Origin: Solobacterium sp. UBA3303
GTDB lineage: Bacteria; Bacillota_I; Bacilli_A; Erysipelotrichales; Erysipelotrichaceae
Direction: 5' to 3'
Assembly (NCBI GenBank): GCA_002362065.1
Contig: DESX01000013.1
Location: forward strand, 1,567-65,566
DNA length: 64,000 bases
Every line of letters starts with the position of its first letter. Position 1 is the stretch's first letter. Both the position numbers and the translations under genes were made by a program. This document shows positions 45,742-55,548 of this stretch, piece by piece. The notes below the pieces were generated by a model. The model was not told the DNA's origin, ran no database searches, and saw only the letters and a program-made list of their open reading frames with translations.

Positions 45742-47148
45742 ATGACTAAAATCGAAAAGGAAAAGCGTGAGCTGGAACGTCTGGAGAGAGCTGAAGCTTT
45801 TCACAATCACAAACACTATTTTGCGATCCTCATCGTCGTTTTAAGTATCGTCTATATCGTCGATGAGCTCGCTTCTTCCGTTCGTGGTGTCGTTGAAGTA
45901 CAGACGATCCGCGATCTGTTCAACGTCGTCTATCCGTCTTCGGATTACGACAAGGCGACAGCAACTTTGGGCTTTGTCACGATGGCCGGCTATCTGAGCT
46001 ATCTGATCTCGCCGTTCTACAAGTCACTCGCTGACCGCTGGGGCAGAAAGCCGTTTTTGATCATCAACACCTTAGGCATGGGCTTAGGCATGTTGCTGTG
46101 CATCATTTCAAAGTCCGTTGCCGTCTACATCATCGGTACGGTCGTATTGACATTCTTCACGCCGAACGATGTACAGGTCATCTACATCATGGAATGTGCC
46201 CCGACGGAACACCGCGCAAAACTCTGCTCGATCACCAAGGGTCTGGCACTGATCTCCGTATCTTCATTAGGTCTTTTCGTCAAGCTCTTCGTCAACGATG
46301 CCGTACCAAGCACCTGGCGCAATGTCTTCATCATCCCGATCATCCTGGCTTTCCTGATCGGTTTTGCGGCGATCTATTTCGTATCCGAAACACCGGTCTT
46401 CACGCAAAGAAGGCTCAAATACCTCAGAAGCAGTGAAGAAGAAAGGATTCAGGCCATCAAGGAAGAACGTGCCAACGAAGAAAAAGAAAAAGAGAAGGCC
46501 GTTTCCGTCTGGGATGCCTTCCGCTATATCCTCGGTCACAAGCAGACCAGAGCCATCGCTTTGGTCGCCTTGCTGATGATGTTTTCGACCGGTTATACCG
46601 GCAAGTATCAGCCGATGCTGGAAGCCGGCAGATACAATGGCGTCATGACGACCGATGCGATCAACGTCGTATTGATGTTTTATCCGGTCATCAACGGTAT
46701 CTTTACGATCATCGGCGGTTTCATCACTGATGCGTTAGGACGCAAGAAGTCCGCTTTGATCCTTGGCTTATGGGCTGCCGTAGGTCTTGGCATCTTCGCG
46801 TATGGCTGCATCCGTCCGATGAATCCTTGGATCATGGGCCTTGCCTATGGTATCTCGATCGCCGGCTTATGGTCGATCTCCGATATGATCTTCTTTGTCA
46901 TCACTTCCGAATCCACACCGACCCAGATGCGTGCTTCCGTCGTCGGTTCCATGCAGCTGATCGGCATGTTTGGTGTCGGTTTCAATATGGTCTACAACAA
47001 CGTCGTCACGATGATCGCCGGTTCGACCAACCTGCCGATGGTCCTGACGATCGCTTACCTGCCTTTGATGGCGATCGCACTTGTCATCATGATGCTTCGC
47101 GTCAAAGAGACCAAGGGCGTCGATCTGGAAAATGTCCAGGTAGATTAA
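45742..47148 (+). CDS. MFS transporter
   Basis: 468 aa, 12 TM helices, charged central loop (EERIQAIKEERANEEKEKEK), and an MFS loop motif LADRWGRKP. TATAAT at 45701-45706 lies upstream. Confidence 0.85.
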   Translation: MTKIEKEKRELERLERAEAFHNHKHYFAILIVVLSIVYIVDELASSVRGVVEVQTIRDLFNVVYPSSDYDKATATLGFVTMAGYLSYLISPFYKSLADRWGRKPFLIINTLGMGLGMLLCIISKSVAVYIIGTVVLTFFTPNDVQVIYIMECAPTEHRAKLCSITKGLALISVSSLGLFVKLFVNDAVPSTWRNVFIIPIILAFLIGFAAIYFVSETPVFTQRRLKYLRSSEEERIQAIKEERANEEKEKEKAVSVWDAFRYILGHKQTRAIALVALLMMFSTGYTGKYQPMLEAGRYNGVMTTDAINVVLMFYPVINGIFTIIGGFITDALGRKKSALILGLWAAVGLGIFAYGCIRPMNPWIMGLAYGISIAGLWSISDMIFFVITSESTPTQMRASVVGSMQLIGMFGVGFNMVYNNVVTMIAGSTNLPMVLTIAYLPLMAIALVIMMLRVKETKGVDLENVQVD

Positions 47149-47149
47149 G

Positions 47150-48109
47150 ATGTTCTGGGTCTTGCTTATACTGATCATCCTGCTGCTGCTTGCATTGGCG
47201 GCAGGATTTGTCATTTTCAATTCGGTCTTTCTTTACAACGACCAAAACAAGGGCGATGATTCTTCTGCACTCGATCCTTCTTCGATCGATTCCGACAGCG
47301 ACCTGATGCGCCCGACGGCCGGAAAGTATTACGCTTTTCGTGCGCCTTACATCAAGAAATTCAATGAACTTCCTTTGAAGGAATTATCGATCACGTCATT
47401 CGATGATCTGAAACTCTACGGTTATCTGCTGGAAGGTGATCCGAAGGAAGTCGTCATCTGTGTCCATGGCTATAAATCCTCGATGCAGGAAGATTTTGCC
47501 GACCGCGTATCCATCTACCTGGAGAGAGGTTCGACGATCCTGCTTCTGAATGACCGTGCCCATGGCAAATCGGAAGGCAAGTATCTCGGCTTCTCCGAAC
47601 ACGACAAACGTGATGTGGCCAAGTGGGTCGATCTGATCAATGAAATGTATGATGAACCGCGTATCTACCTGCATGGTGTATCCATGGGCGGTGCGACCGT
47701 CATCCATTGTGCCAATTCGAAACTGAAGAACGTCAAAGGCATCATCGATGACTGCGGCTTTGATTCGATCGAAGGCATCTCCAAATATCTGATCAAGGAC
47801 GTCTATCATCTGCCTTACTTCCCGTTTGGCGATCTCGCCTGGTTCTGGTCCGTGGTCATCACCGGCGTGAGCTTCAATACCTCAAAGGGCGAAGAGTGCG
47901 TAAGGGATACGGATATCCCGATCCTGTTCATCCATGGCAAGGAAGACCATTTCGTTCCTTGTTTCATGTCAGAGAAGATGTATGAGGCTTGCGTTTCGCC
48001 AAAGGAACTGCATCTGATCGAAGGCTGCGGCCATGCGGCAGCCTATATGATGGCGACTGAAGAATATACAGAAGCAGTCAACAGATTGCTTGACGGAGGA
48101 TTCAAGTGA
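47150..48109 (+). CDS. alpha/beta hydrolase, N-terminally anchored
   Basis: 319 aa. TM at the N-terminus, nucleophile elbow GVSMG, HG oxyanion motif (VHGYKSS), C-terminal GCGH. Confidence 0.85.
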   Translation: MFWVLLILIILLLLALAAGFVIFNSVFLYNDQNKGDDSSALDPSSIDSDSDLMRPTAGKYYAFRAPYIKKFNELPLKELSITSFDDLKLYGYLLEGDPKEVVICVHGYKSSMQEDFADRVSIYLERGSTILLLNDRAHGKSEGKYLGFSEHDKRDVAKWVDLINEMYDEPRIYLHGVSMGGATVIHCANSKLKNVKGIIDDCGFDSIEGISKYLIKDVYHLPYFPFGDLAWFWSVVITGVSFNTSKGEECVRDTDIPILFIHGKEDHFVPCFMSEKMYEACVSPKELHLIEGCGHAAAYMMATEEYTEAVNRLLDGGFK

Positions 48110-49881
48110 GATATCTCGGTGTCGATTACTACCCCGAACAGTGGGGCATGGAGATGGTCGATGAAGACCTCGATAATATAAAGGAACTTGGCGCAGATCT
48201 GATCCGGATCGGCGATTTTGCCTGGGACCGCTTTGAACCGGAAGAAGGGAAATATGAGTTTTCCTTCTTTGATGAAGTCATCGAAAAGGCGAAGAAACAC
48301 GGCCTGAAAGTCATGATGTGCGTGCCGACCGCCACAATGCCGGCCTGGCTCTATCACAAGTATCCCGAGGTCATGAACGTCGATGAGAAGGGCTACGCAC
48401 AGCCTTATGGGGCAAGAAGGGGCTACTGCTACAACAGCGAGGTCTATATTCAAAAGGCCGTTGCTTTAGCGGAACAGCTCGCAGATCACTACAAGGATGA
48501 AGATGCGATCGTCGCCTGGCAGGTCGACAATGAACTTGGCCACGAAGGATCGGACAAGTGCTATTGCGAAAACTGTCAAAAGAGCTTTACTTCGTATCTG
48601 AAGGAAAAATACAAGGATATCGCTGAGCTCAACTACAGATGGGGAACTTCCTTCTGGAGCCAGACCTACAATGACTTTGAGCAGATCTGTGTGCCTTGGC
48701 CCGGCTTTACGCCGCAGAATCCGTCGCTGCGTCTGGAGTATGCAAGATTTCGCAACGAGTCGGCAGTGAGATACATCAAGGCACTTGTGGATGCGGTCAA
48801 AAAACATGATCATAAACATCCGGTGAGCCACGACTTTGAAGGTGGCATCATCAACAAGAATTTCTCACCGTTTGAGGTGGCAAAAAACCTTGATTTTGTT
48901 TCCTACAACAATTACCCGGTCTGGGGCGGTCAGAAGGAACCGCTGAGCGACAGCGATCTGTCCTTCTCGCTTGCCTTTGCCCGAGGCTTCAAAAACGAAG
49001 CATTCTGGGTGACCGAATCCATCATGGGCCAGCAGGGCCACAACGATATCGGTTATGCCCCAAAACCAAACGAGGCGAAAAAGTGGGCACTCGATTCTCT
49101 TGATGAAGGTGTGGAAAGTCTGATCTTCTTCCGTTACCGCGGATTTACCAAGGGTGCGGAACAGTTCTGTTTTGGCATACTCGATGCCGACAATGAAAAA
49201 CGAAGGAAGTATTACGAGACCAAAGCCTTCTTTGAAGAAGCCAGGAAGAAAGAAGTCGGCTGTCCGAAGAATGATGTGTGCATCGTCTACGATTACGATT
49301 CCAAGTCTTCAATGGCTTTACAGAGACAATCCAACGTCTTCTCCTATGAAAAGGAGTGTCAGAAGCTTTACAGACAGCTTTACAAGCGAGGGATCGGCTG
49401 CGATGTCATTGATTCGTCCTGCGATCTGAATAAATACAAGATCGTCCTTCTTCCATACATGATCATCATGTCCGATGATTTCAAAAAGAAGCTGAAGGAA
49501 TACTGCTTCAACGGCGGAATTGCCGTTCTGACGGCCCGCAGCGCCTGGAAGGACAAGGACAACAACCTCGTCTTCGGCAAACGCCTGCCGGTTGGTCTGG
49601 AAGATCTTTGCGGCTGTGTGATCGAAGAACACGAATCCTTGCTGGATGGCCAGTCGTCACTTTGTGAGATGAACGGTCTTGAAGGAAGAGGCTTCGTCTT
49701 TGAGGAACTGCTGGAACTGCGGGGTGGCACGCCGTTAGTCATGTGGAAAGACAATCCGTTTGGTGATTTTGCGGCTGCGGTAAGGAATGACTATGGAAAA
49801 GGCCGTGCCTACTACCTGGGTTCTTCCTTTGAAGAAGCGGTCCTTGACAGATTGTTTGATGAGATACTTGAGGAGCTTTAA
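48106..49881 (+). CDS. beta-galactosidase, GH42 family
   Basis: 591 aa. N-terminal GVDYYPEQW and WQVDNELG (acid/base Glu). Somewhat shorter than typical GH42 enzymes. Confidence 0.88.
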   Translation: MRYLGVDYYPEQWGMEMVDEDLDNIKELGADLIRIGDFAWDRFEPEEGKYEFSFFDEVIEKAKKHGLKVMMCVPTATMPAWLYHKYPEVMNVDEKGYAQPYGARRGYCYNSEVYIQKAVALAEQLADHYKDEDAIVAWQVDNELGHEGSDKCYCENCQKSFTSYLKEKYKDIAELNYRWGTSFWSQTYNDFEQICVPWPGFTPQNPSLRLEYARFRNESAVRYIKALVDAVKKHDHKHPVSHDFEGGIINKNFSPFEVAKNLDFVSYNNYPVWGGQKEPLSDSDLSFSLAFARGFKNEAFWVTESIMGQQGHNDIGYAPKPNEAKKWALDSLDEGVESLIFFRYRGFTKGAEQFCFGILDADNEKRRKYYETKAFFEEARKKEVGCPKNDVCIVYDYDSKSSMALQRQSNVFSYEKECQKLYRQLYKRGIGCDVIDSSCDLNKYKIVLLPYMIIMSDDFKKKLKEYCFNGGIAVLTARSAWKDKDNNLVFGKRLPVGLEDLCGCVIEEHESLLDGQSSLCEMNGLEGRGFVFEELLELRGGTPLVMWKDNPFGDFAAAVRNDYGKGRAYYLGSSFEEAVLDRLFDEILEEL

Positions 49882-49892
49882 AGCTCCTTTTT
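49871..49892 (+). terminator. intrinsic terminator
   Basis: Palindrome aggagctttaaagctcct followed by a T-run. It overlaps the stop codon. Confidence 0.65.
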
Positions 49893-49936
49893 ATAAAATG
49901 GTGTTTTACATATAATAGAGACAGGAGATTAAGAAT

Positions 49937-51361
49937 ATGTTTAAAACGATCGAACAGGCAAAAAAATATATTGCAGAAAACGATATCCGTTTCATCGACC
50001 TCAAACTCGTCGACCTTCGCGGACGTTTCCGCCACATTTCCATCCCGGCGGAACGACTGACAGAAAAGCTGATGGAAGACGGCATCGGTTTTGATGCATC
50101 CAACTACGGCTATGCCAGAGTTGAAAAATCGGATATGGTCTTTTATCCGGATCTGCAAAGTGCGTATCTTGAACCTTACGCAAAGGCAAAGACCCTTTCG
50201 ATGATGGCGAATGTCTATGTCATCGGTGAAAAGAACGTGCCGTTTGAACAGTATCCGCGCAACGTGATCCGGGCGGCAGTGGATCTGATGAAGAAGGAAG
50301 GTGTTGGTGATGAATTCATCATCGGTCCGGAATACGAGTTTTCCGTATTTGATACGATGACCTATAAAGTCTCGGGCAATGAAGTTTCCTATCAGCTGAC
50401 AAGCGAAGAATCCGAATGGTCTTCAAACGCCGAAGGAAGCAGCGGCTATCACACTTTGGGCAAAGGCGGCTATCACTACGATCAGCCGGCTGACATCAAC
50501 TTCGATCTGAGAAATGAGATCTGTGAGAAGATGAAGGACTGCGGCATCCGGGTGAAATACCATCATCATGAAGTCGGCGGCAGCGGACAGATGGAGATCG
50601 AGGTGGAACTTGATGAAGTCTGCAAGCTCGCCGATGATACGATGCTGAGCAAGTATCTGATCCGCAATTGCGCAAAGGCGTATGGCAAGACTGCGACCTT
50701 CATGCCAAAACCGATCTTTGATGAAGCAGGAAACGGCATGCATGTACACATGATCGTCAGAAAAGACAAGGAAAACGTCTTCTATGAAAAGGGCAATTAT
50801 GCCGATCTTTCCAAGACGGCCATGTATTTCATCGGCGGATTATTGAAGCATATCGGATCCTTATGCGCATTTTGCGATCCTTCGACCAATTCCTACAAGA
50901 GACTGGTACCGGGCTTTGAAGCACCGGTCACCGTCGGTTATGCCAGCGCCAACCGTTCTGCGGTGATCCGTATCCCGAGCTACGCCAAGAGCAAGGACGT
51001 CGTCCGCTTCGAACTGCGCAATCCGGATGCGACCTGCAATCCATACTTCGCCTATGCGGCGATACTGATGGCGGGACTCGATGGCATCCGCAACAGGATC
51101 GATCCAAATGATCACAACTGGGGACCATTCGACTTCAACCTCTACAATCTGAGTGATGAGGAAAAGGCGAAGCTCGAACATTTGCCGACTTCTTTAGATG
51201 AAGCGATTCAGGCCTTAAGAGACGACCATGACTACCTGCTTGAAGGAAATGTCTTCTCTAGTCAGATCATCGAAAACTGGATCAAGGCCATCACAAAGGA
51301 AAGGAACGAGATCGAAAAGATCCCGCATCCAGGTGAGTTCAGGCTCTATTACGATCTGTAG
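49937..51361 (+). CDS. glnA: glutamine synthetase (type I)
   Basis: 474 aa. FMPKPIFDEAGNGMHVHM and NSYKRLVPGFEAPV motifs. Confidence 0.93.
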   Translation: MFKTIEQAKKYIAENDIRFIDLKLVDLRGRFRHISIPAERLTEKLMEDGIGFDASNYGYARVEKSDMVFYPDLQSAYLEPYAKAKTLSMMANVYVIGEKNVPFEQYPRNVIRAAVDLMKKEGVGDEFIIGPEYEFSVFDTMTYKVSGNEVSYQLTSEESEWSSNAEGSSGYHTLGKGGYHYDQPADINFDLRNEICEKMKDCGIRVKYHHHEVGGSGQMEIEVELDEVCKLADDTMLSKYLIRNCAKAYGKTATFMPKPIFDEAGNGMHVHMIVRKDKENVFYEKGNYADLSKTAMYFIGGLLKHIGSLCAFCDPSTNSYKRLVPGFEAPVTVGYASANRSAVIRIPSYAKSKDVVRFELRNPDATCNPYFAYAAILMAGLDGIRNRIDPNDHNWGPFDFNLYNLSDEEKAKLEHLPTSLDEAIQALRDDHDYLLEGNVFSSQIIENWIKAITKERNEIEKIPHPGEFRLYYDL

Positions 51362-51419
51362 AGCGCTTTTTCAAGAGACTTGTTATAATAATGAGGTATT
51401 TATTTTTCGGGAGGAATAG

Positions 51420-53393
51420 ATGATGGAACGTGAACGTCCTGTATTTCCAAAACGCGCTGTTGTAACAGGCGGTATGCCTTATGGCAATAAAACACTGCAT
51501 TTCGGCCATGTCGGCGGAATGTTCGTACATGCGGATGTCTTTGCCCGCTTTTTGAGAGACCGCATCGGAAAAGACAATGTCGTCTTCGTATCCGGTACGG
51601 ACTGCTACGGTTCGCCGATCGCGGAAGGTTACCGCAAGAAGGTCGAAGCAGAAGGCTACAAGGGAACGATCGAAGACTACGTCAATGAAAACCATGAAGC
51701 ACAGGAAAAGACTCTCAGGGATTACAAGATCTCCCTGGATCTTTTTGGCGCGTCAGGTCTTGGCGATACCAAGGAAATTCACCAGGAAGAGACCAACGAA
51801 TTCATCACGACTTTATATAAGAACGGCTGGCTGGAGAAGATGGTCACCAAACAGTTCTACGATCCGAAATACCACTGCTTCCTCAACGGCAGACAGGTCG
51901 TCGGCAAATGCCCGATCGAACACTGCCAGTCCGAGAAGGGCTATGCGGATGAGTGTGATCTCGGCCACCAGTACATGCCGGAAGAACTGATCGACCCGAA
52001 ATCAACCCTTTCCGGTGAGACGCCGGAGATGCGCGATGTCACCAACTGGTATTTCAAACTGACGGAATTCAACGATCTGCTCAAACAGTACGTTGAAGAC
52101 ATCAAGACGAAGAAGAACGAACGCAAGATCGTCGCCGAGACGATGGAAGAATCCCTTGGCGCACCGGTCATCTATATCCAGGAAAAGTTCCTCGATCAGT
52201 ACAAGGCGATCGAAGACAAGCTGCCGGCACATGAAAACTCCGACCTTGAAAACATCAAGGGCAGTTTCATCGTCACCTTCGACAAGCTTGAGCTTCGTGA
52301 AAAGGCCTGCCCGATCCTGACGGCTGCCAATATCCACTACCGTACCGGCAAGACACTGGTTCCGTTAAGACTTACGGGCAATATCGAATGGGGCGTCAAA
52401 GCGCCAAAGCTTGAAGACGAGGAAGACCTGACGGTCTGGGTATGGCCGGAGAGCCTCTGGGCACCGATCTCGTTCACCAAGGCCTACTTCAAGAGAAAAG
52501 GCATGCCGGATGATGAATGGAAGCGATTCTGGTGTGACAAGGAAGCGAAGGTCTTCCAGTTCATCGGTCAGGACAACATCTACTTCTATGGTGTTGCCCA
52601 AATGCCGCTTTGGATGGCACAGCAGGGAAGCAAGGATCTCACGATCCATCCGGAAAACGGAGACCTGCAGTTATCGACTCTGGTCGCCAACCACCACATC
52701 CTGTTTTTAGACAAGAAGGCATCCTCTTCCGGTTCGATCAAACCGCCGATGGCTGCCGACTTGCTGAACTACTATACAGCTGATCAGCTCAGGGCTCACT
52801 TCATTTCCCTGGCTCTTGGAAACAAGTCTGTCAGCTTCATGCCGCAGCCTTTGAATCCGGAAGCCAACACGAATGAACCGGATCCTGTCTTAGCGCAGGG
52901 CAACTTATACACCAACGTCCTCAACCGTATGGTCAGAGGCTGCTTCTACTCCGCACAGAAGTATTTCAATGGCGTACTTCCATATGGCGAGGTTTCTCAA
53001 CAGTACAAGCAGATCGCTGAGAGGACCATCCTCAACTACGAATCACACATGTATCGTTATGAACTCCACCAGGTCATGAACGATCTTGATTCCTATATCC
53101 GCAACGCATCGAAGTTCTGGTCAAAGAACTCAAACAACGAAGAAAACATCAGACAGACGCTGATCGATGCCTTCTATATGGTGAGAGTTGCGGCTGTACT
53201 TTCTCACCCGGTCGTACCGGATGGCTGTGAGAAGATCTGTGACTACCTTAATGTCGACCCTGACAAGTTCTTCAGCTGGGATCACATCTTTGAAGATATC
53301 TATGATCTTGTTGAAGACAAGGAAGATCACAAGCTCAAAGAGCTCAAGGAAAAAGAAGACTTCTATGTTAAACACCCAAGCCAGTTTAAGTAA
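51420..53393 (+). CDS. metG: methionyl-tRNA synthetase-like class I aminoacyl-tRNA ligase with deviant KMSKS
   Basis: 657 aa. [11 protein letters not shown] (HIGH), [18 protein letters not shown] and a Cys knuckle CPIEHC...C. The KMSKS position reads KASSS (52716-52730). No C-terminal EMAP/Trbp111 domain. Confidence 0.7.
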   Translation: MMERERPVFPKRAVVTGGMPYGNKTLHFGHVGGMFVHADVFARFLRDRIGKDNVVFVSGTDCYGSPIAEGYRKKVEAEGYKGTIEDYVNENHEAQEKTLRDYKISLDLFGASGLGDTKEIHQEETNEFITTLYKNGWLEKMVTKQFYDPKYHCFLNGRQVVGKCPIEHCQSEKGYADECDLGHQYMPEELIDPKSTLSGETPEMRDVTNWYFKLTEFNDLLKQYVEDIKTKKNERKIVAETMEESLGAPVIYIQEKFLDQYKAIEDKLPAHENSDLENIKGSFIVTFDKLELREKACPILTAANIHYRTGKTLVPLRLTGNIEWGVKAPKLEDEEDLTVWVWPESLWAPISFTKAYFKRKGMPDDEWKRFWCDKEAKVFQFIGQDNIYFYGVAQMPLWMAQQGSKDLTIHPENGDLQLSTLVANHHILFLDKKASSSGSIKPPMAADLLNYYTADQLRAHFISLALGNKSVSFMPQPLNPEANTNEPDPVLAQGNLYTNVLNRMVRGCFYSAQKYFNGVLPYGEVSQQYKQIAERTILNYESHMYRYELHQVMNDLDSYIRNASKFWSKNSNNEENIRQTLIDAFYMVRVAAVLSHPVVPDGCEKICDYLNVDPDKFFSWDHIFEDIYDLVEDKEDHKLKELKEKEDFYVKHPSQFK

Positions 53394-54471
53394 GACCAGG
53401 AAGCAGATCGAAAGCATCGCGATCACCAATAACATCGCCTTATCGGAAGATGATTCAGCTGTGATCATCATCGATCAGACAAAGATCCCCAATGCGCTGG
53501 AATACAAAAAGATCTCCGATCTCGAGTCGGCTTATGAGGCCATCAAAAAACTCGAAGTCCGGGGTGCTCCGGCGATCGGCATCTTTGCCGGCTACACGAT
53601 GTATGTGCTCGCACTAAAAAACAGGGATCTTTCCTATGAAGATTTCTATCAGGCTTTTGAAAGCGACAAGGAATATCTCAATTCTTCCCGTCCGACGGCG
53701 GTCAATCTTTCCTGGGCGTTGAACCGGATGGAAAAAGTCGTCACGGACAATAAGGAAAAGGGTGTTGAAGAGATCCTGTCCCTGCTGAAGGAAGAAGCCT
53801 TGAAGATCCACAATGAAGACATTGAAATGTGTCTGAAGATCTGTGAATACGGTTTATCCTTACTGAAGGATGGCGATGGCGTATTGACCCATTGCAATGC
53901 CGGTCCTTTGGCAACTTCCTACGGGACGGCGCAGGGGCCTTTCCTTCTTGCGAAGGCAAGAGGCATGAACATCAAAGTCTTTGCGGATGAGACAAGACCT
54001 CTGTTACAAGGAGCGAGGCTGACATCCTTTGAACTGAGCAGAGCGGGCGTCGATGTGACGCTGATCTGCGACAACATGGCTTCGATCGTCATGAAAAATG
54101 GCTGGATCAATGCCTGCTTTGTCGGCTGTGACCGCATCGCGGCGAATGGCGATGTGGCAAACAAGATCGGCACATCCGGTGTAGCGATCTTGGCGAAACA
54201 TTATGGCATACCTGTCTATTCTTTAGGACCGACTTCGACGATCGATATGAACTGCCCGGATGGCGATCATATAAAGATCGAACTGCGCGATCCCGATGAG
54301 ATCAAGGAAATGTGGTATGAAAGACCGATGGCACCAAAGGAAGTCAAGTGTTACAATCCTTCCTTCGATGTGACGGATCATGAATTATTGAGCGGCATCG
54401 TGACGGAAAAAGGCATCGTCTATCCGCCGTTTGATATCAACTTGAAGAAACTGTTTGATGAGGATCATTAG
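53365..54471 (+). CDS. mtnA: S-methyl-5-thioribose-1-phosphate isomerase
   Basis: [26 protein letters not shown] and [18 protein letters not shown]. The first in-frame ATG compatible with the family N-terminus is 53365, overlapping the upstream gene by 29 nt. The ORF-track start at 53188 was rejected. Confidence 0.88.
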   Translation: MLNTQASLSKTRKQIESIAITNNIALSEDDSAVIIIDQTKIPNALEYKKISDLESAYEAIKKLEVRGAPAIGIFAGYTMYVLALKNRDLSYEDFYQAFESDKEYLNSSRPTAVNLSWALNRMEKVVTDNKEKGVEEILSLLKEEALKIHNEDIEMCLKICEYGLSLLKDGDGVLTHCNAGPLATSYGTAQGPFLLAKARGMNIKVFADETRPLLQGARLTSFELSRAGVDVTLICDNMASIVMKNGWINACFVGCDRIAANGDVANKIGTSGVAILAKHYGIPVYSLGPTSTIDMNCPDGDHIKIELRDPDEIKEMWYERPMAPKEVKCYNPSFDVTDHELLSGIVTEKGIVYPPFDINLKKLFDEDH

Positions 54472-54886
54472 ATTATTTATCTATTATTCACTTCAGATGA
54501 CCTGGGGCATCCTGCAGAACGTCCTGGGTCTTTTCGTATGGCTCTACGTACTTGCGACCGGACCGAAAGAAAAAAGACACTTCTTCTACGGAGCCCTGGT
54601 GACCCGCTGGAATTCAAAAGCCTCGATGTCTCTGGGAATGTTCTTATTTCTGGGAACGGATGATGAACGGGTCATCGTCCATGAGTATGGGCACTCGATT
54701 CAGTCTTTGATCTTAGGACCATTCTATCTTCCGGTCATCGGCATCCCGTCCTTTATCTGGGCCAATTCGCCGCATTACATCCGCAACCGAAAAAGAGGAA
54801 GGTACAAGTACACTTCCTTCTATCCGGAAAAATGGGCAAATCATCTTGGCAGATTATTTACCGGCAAGATGCCGATCAATTATTGA
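54455..54886 (+). CDS. small membrane protein with HExxH motif
   Basis: 143 aa, 2-3 TM helices, VHEYGHSIQ. Overlaps the mtnA 3' end by 17 nt. Confidence 0.45.
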   Translation: MMRIIRLFIYYSLQMTWGILQNVLGLFVWLYVLATGPKEKRHFFYGALVTRWNSKASMSLGMFLFLGTDDERVIVHEYGHSIQSLILGPFYLPVIGIPSFIWANSPHYIRNRKRGRYKYTSFYPEKWANHLGRLFTGKMPINY

Positions 54887-55547
54887 GGATATAGGCGATC
54901 CCTTTGGCAGTCCTGAATTCAGGATCCTTGAAGTGATTCCCCTCATTCATCTCAAAAAATACGTGACATGTTTCATTAAGCTCAGAAGCGATCGTCCTTG
55001 TTTTATCTTCGACGGCAGCCATGAGCTTGTTTTTTGTATGGCTTTCCTGATCACCCAGGGAAAGATAGATCTGATCGACCTGTCTTGAAAGAGGATGACT
55101 TCTGGTGAATTCGTGAAAGTCCGGGTACCATAAGGAACCGGAGGCTGAAACGATCTTTTTGAAACGATCGCTTGTAAAAGCGGCATACAGGGCAAAAAGA
55201 CCCGCCAGGGAATAGCCGGCCAGGGCATGGTATGACGAGCGGATATCCATCTTCAAAAGTGCCTCTTCCACCGATGGAAGGATCTTCGTTTCAATGTATG
55301 AAAGATGTTCGTCTGCCTTTCCGGCAAAGGGTTTTGTTCCTTTGAAGACCGGTTTGCAATACCAGGGACTCAGATCATCGTTCCAGTCATTGACCGGGAT
55401 GGCGATCAAAACAAAATCCTTTTGTGTAAGTGAAGCGATCTCCTCAAAAAGGATCTTTCCTTCCTTGCGGTCGCTGTTGAGAAAGATGAACGGGATCTTT
55501 TCTTTATGGTTATTTCTGGTATAGATTTCACATTTTTCGATCTGCAT
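54876..55547 (-). CDS. alpha/beta hydrolase (putative esterase, PF00756-like)
   Basis: Start placed at ATG 55547 (MQIEKCEIY...), 1 nt after the upstream gene's stop. AGYSLAG nucleophile region. The ORF-track N-terminal extension overlaps the peptidase gene and was rejected. Confidence 0.75.
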   Translation of the reverse strand: MQIEKCEIYTRNNHKEKIPFIFLNSDRKEGKILFEEIASLTQKDFVLIAIPVNDWNDDLSPWYCKPVFKGTKPFAGKADEHLSYIETKILPSVEEALLKMDIRSSYHALAGYSLAGLFALYAAFTSDRFKKIVSASGSLWYPDFHEFTRSHPLSRQVDQIYLSLGDQESHTKNKLMAAVEDKTRTIASELNETCHVFFEMNEGNHFKDPEFRTAKGIAYILNN

Positions 55548-55548
55548 A

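Noticed and set aside
51362-51419. Possible T-box leader upstream of the MetRS-like gene.
   Set aside because: The intergenic space is only about 58 nt, far too short for a T-box riboswitch. No specifier or antiterminator elements are visible.
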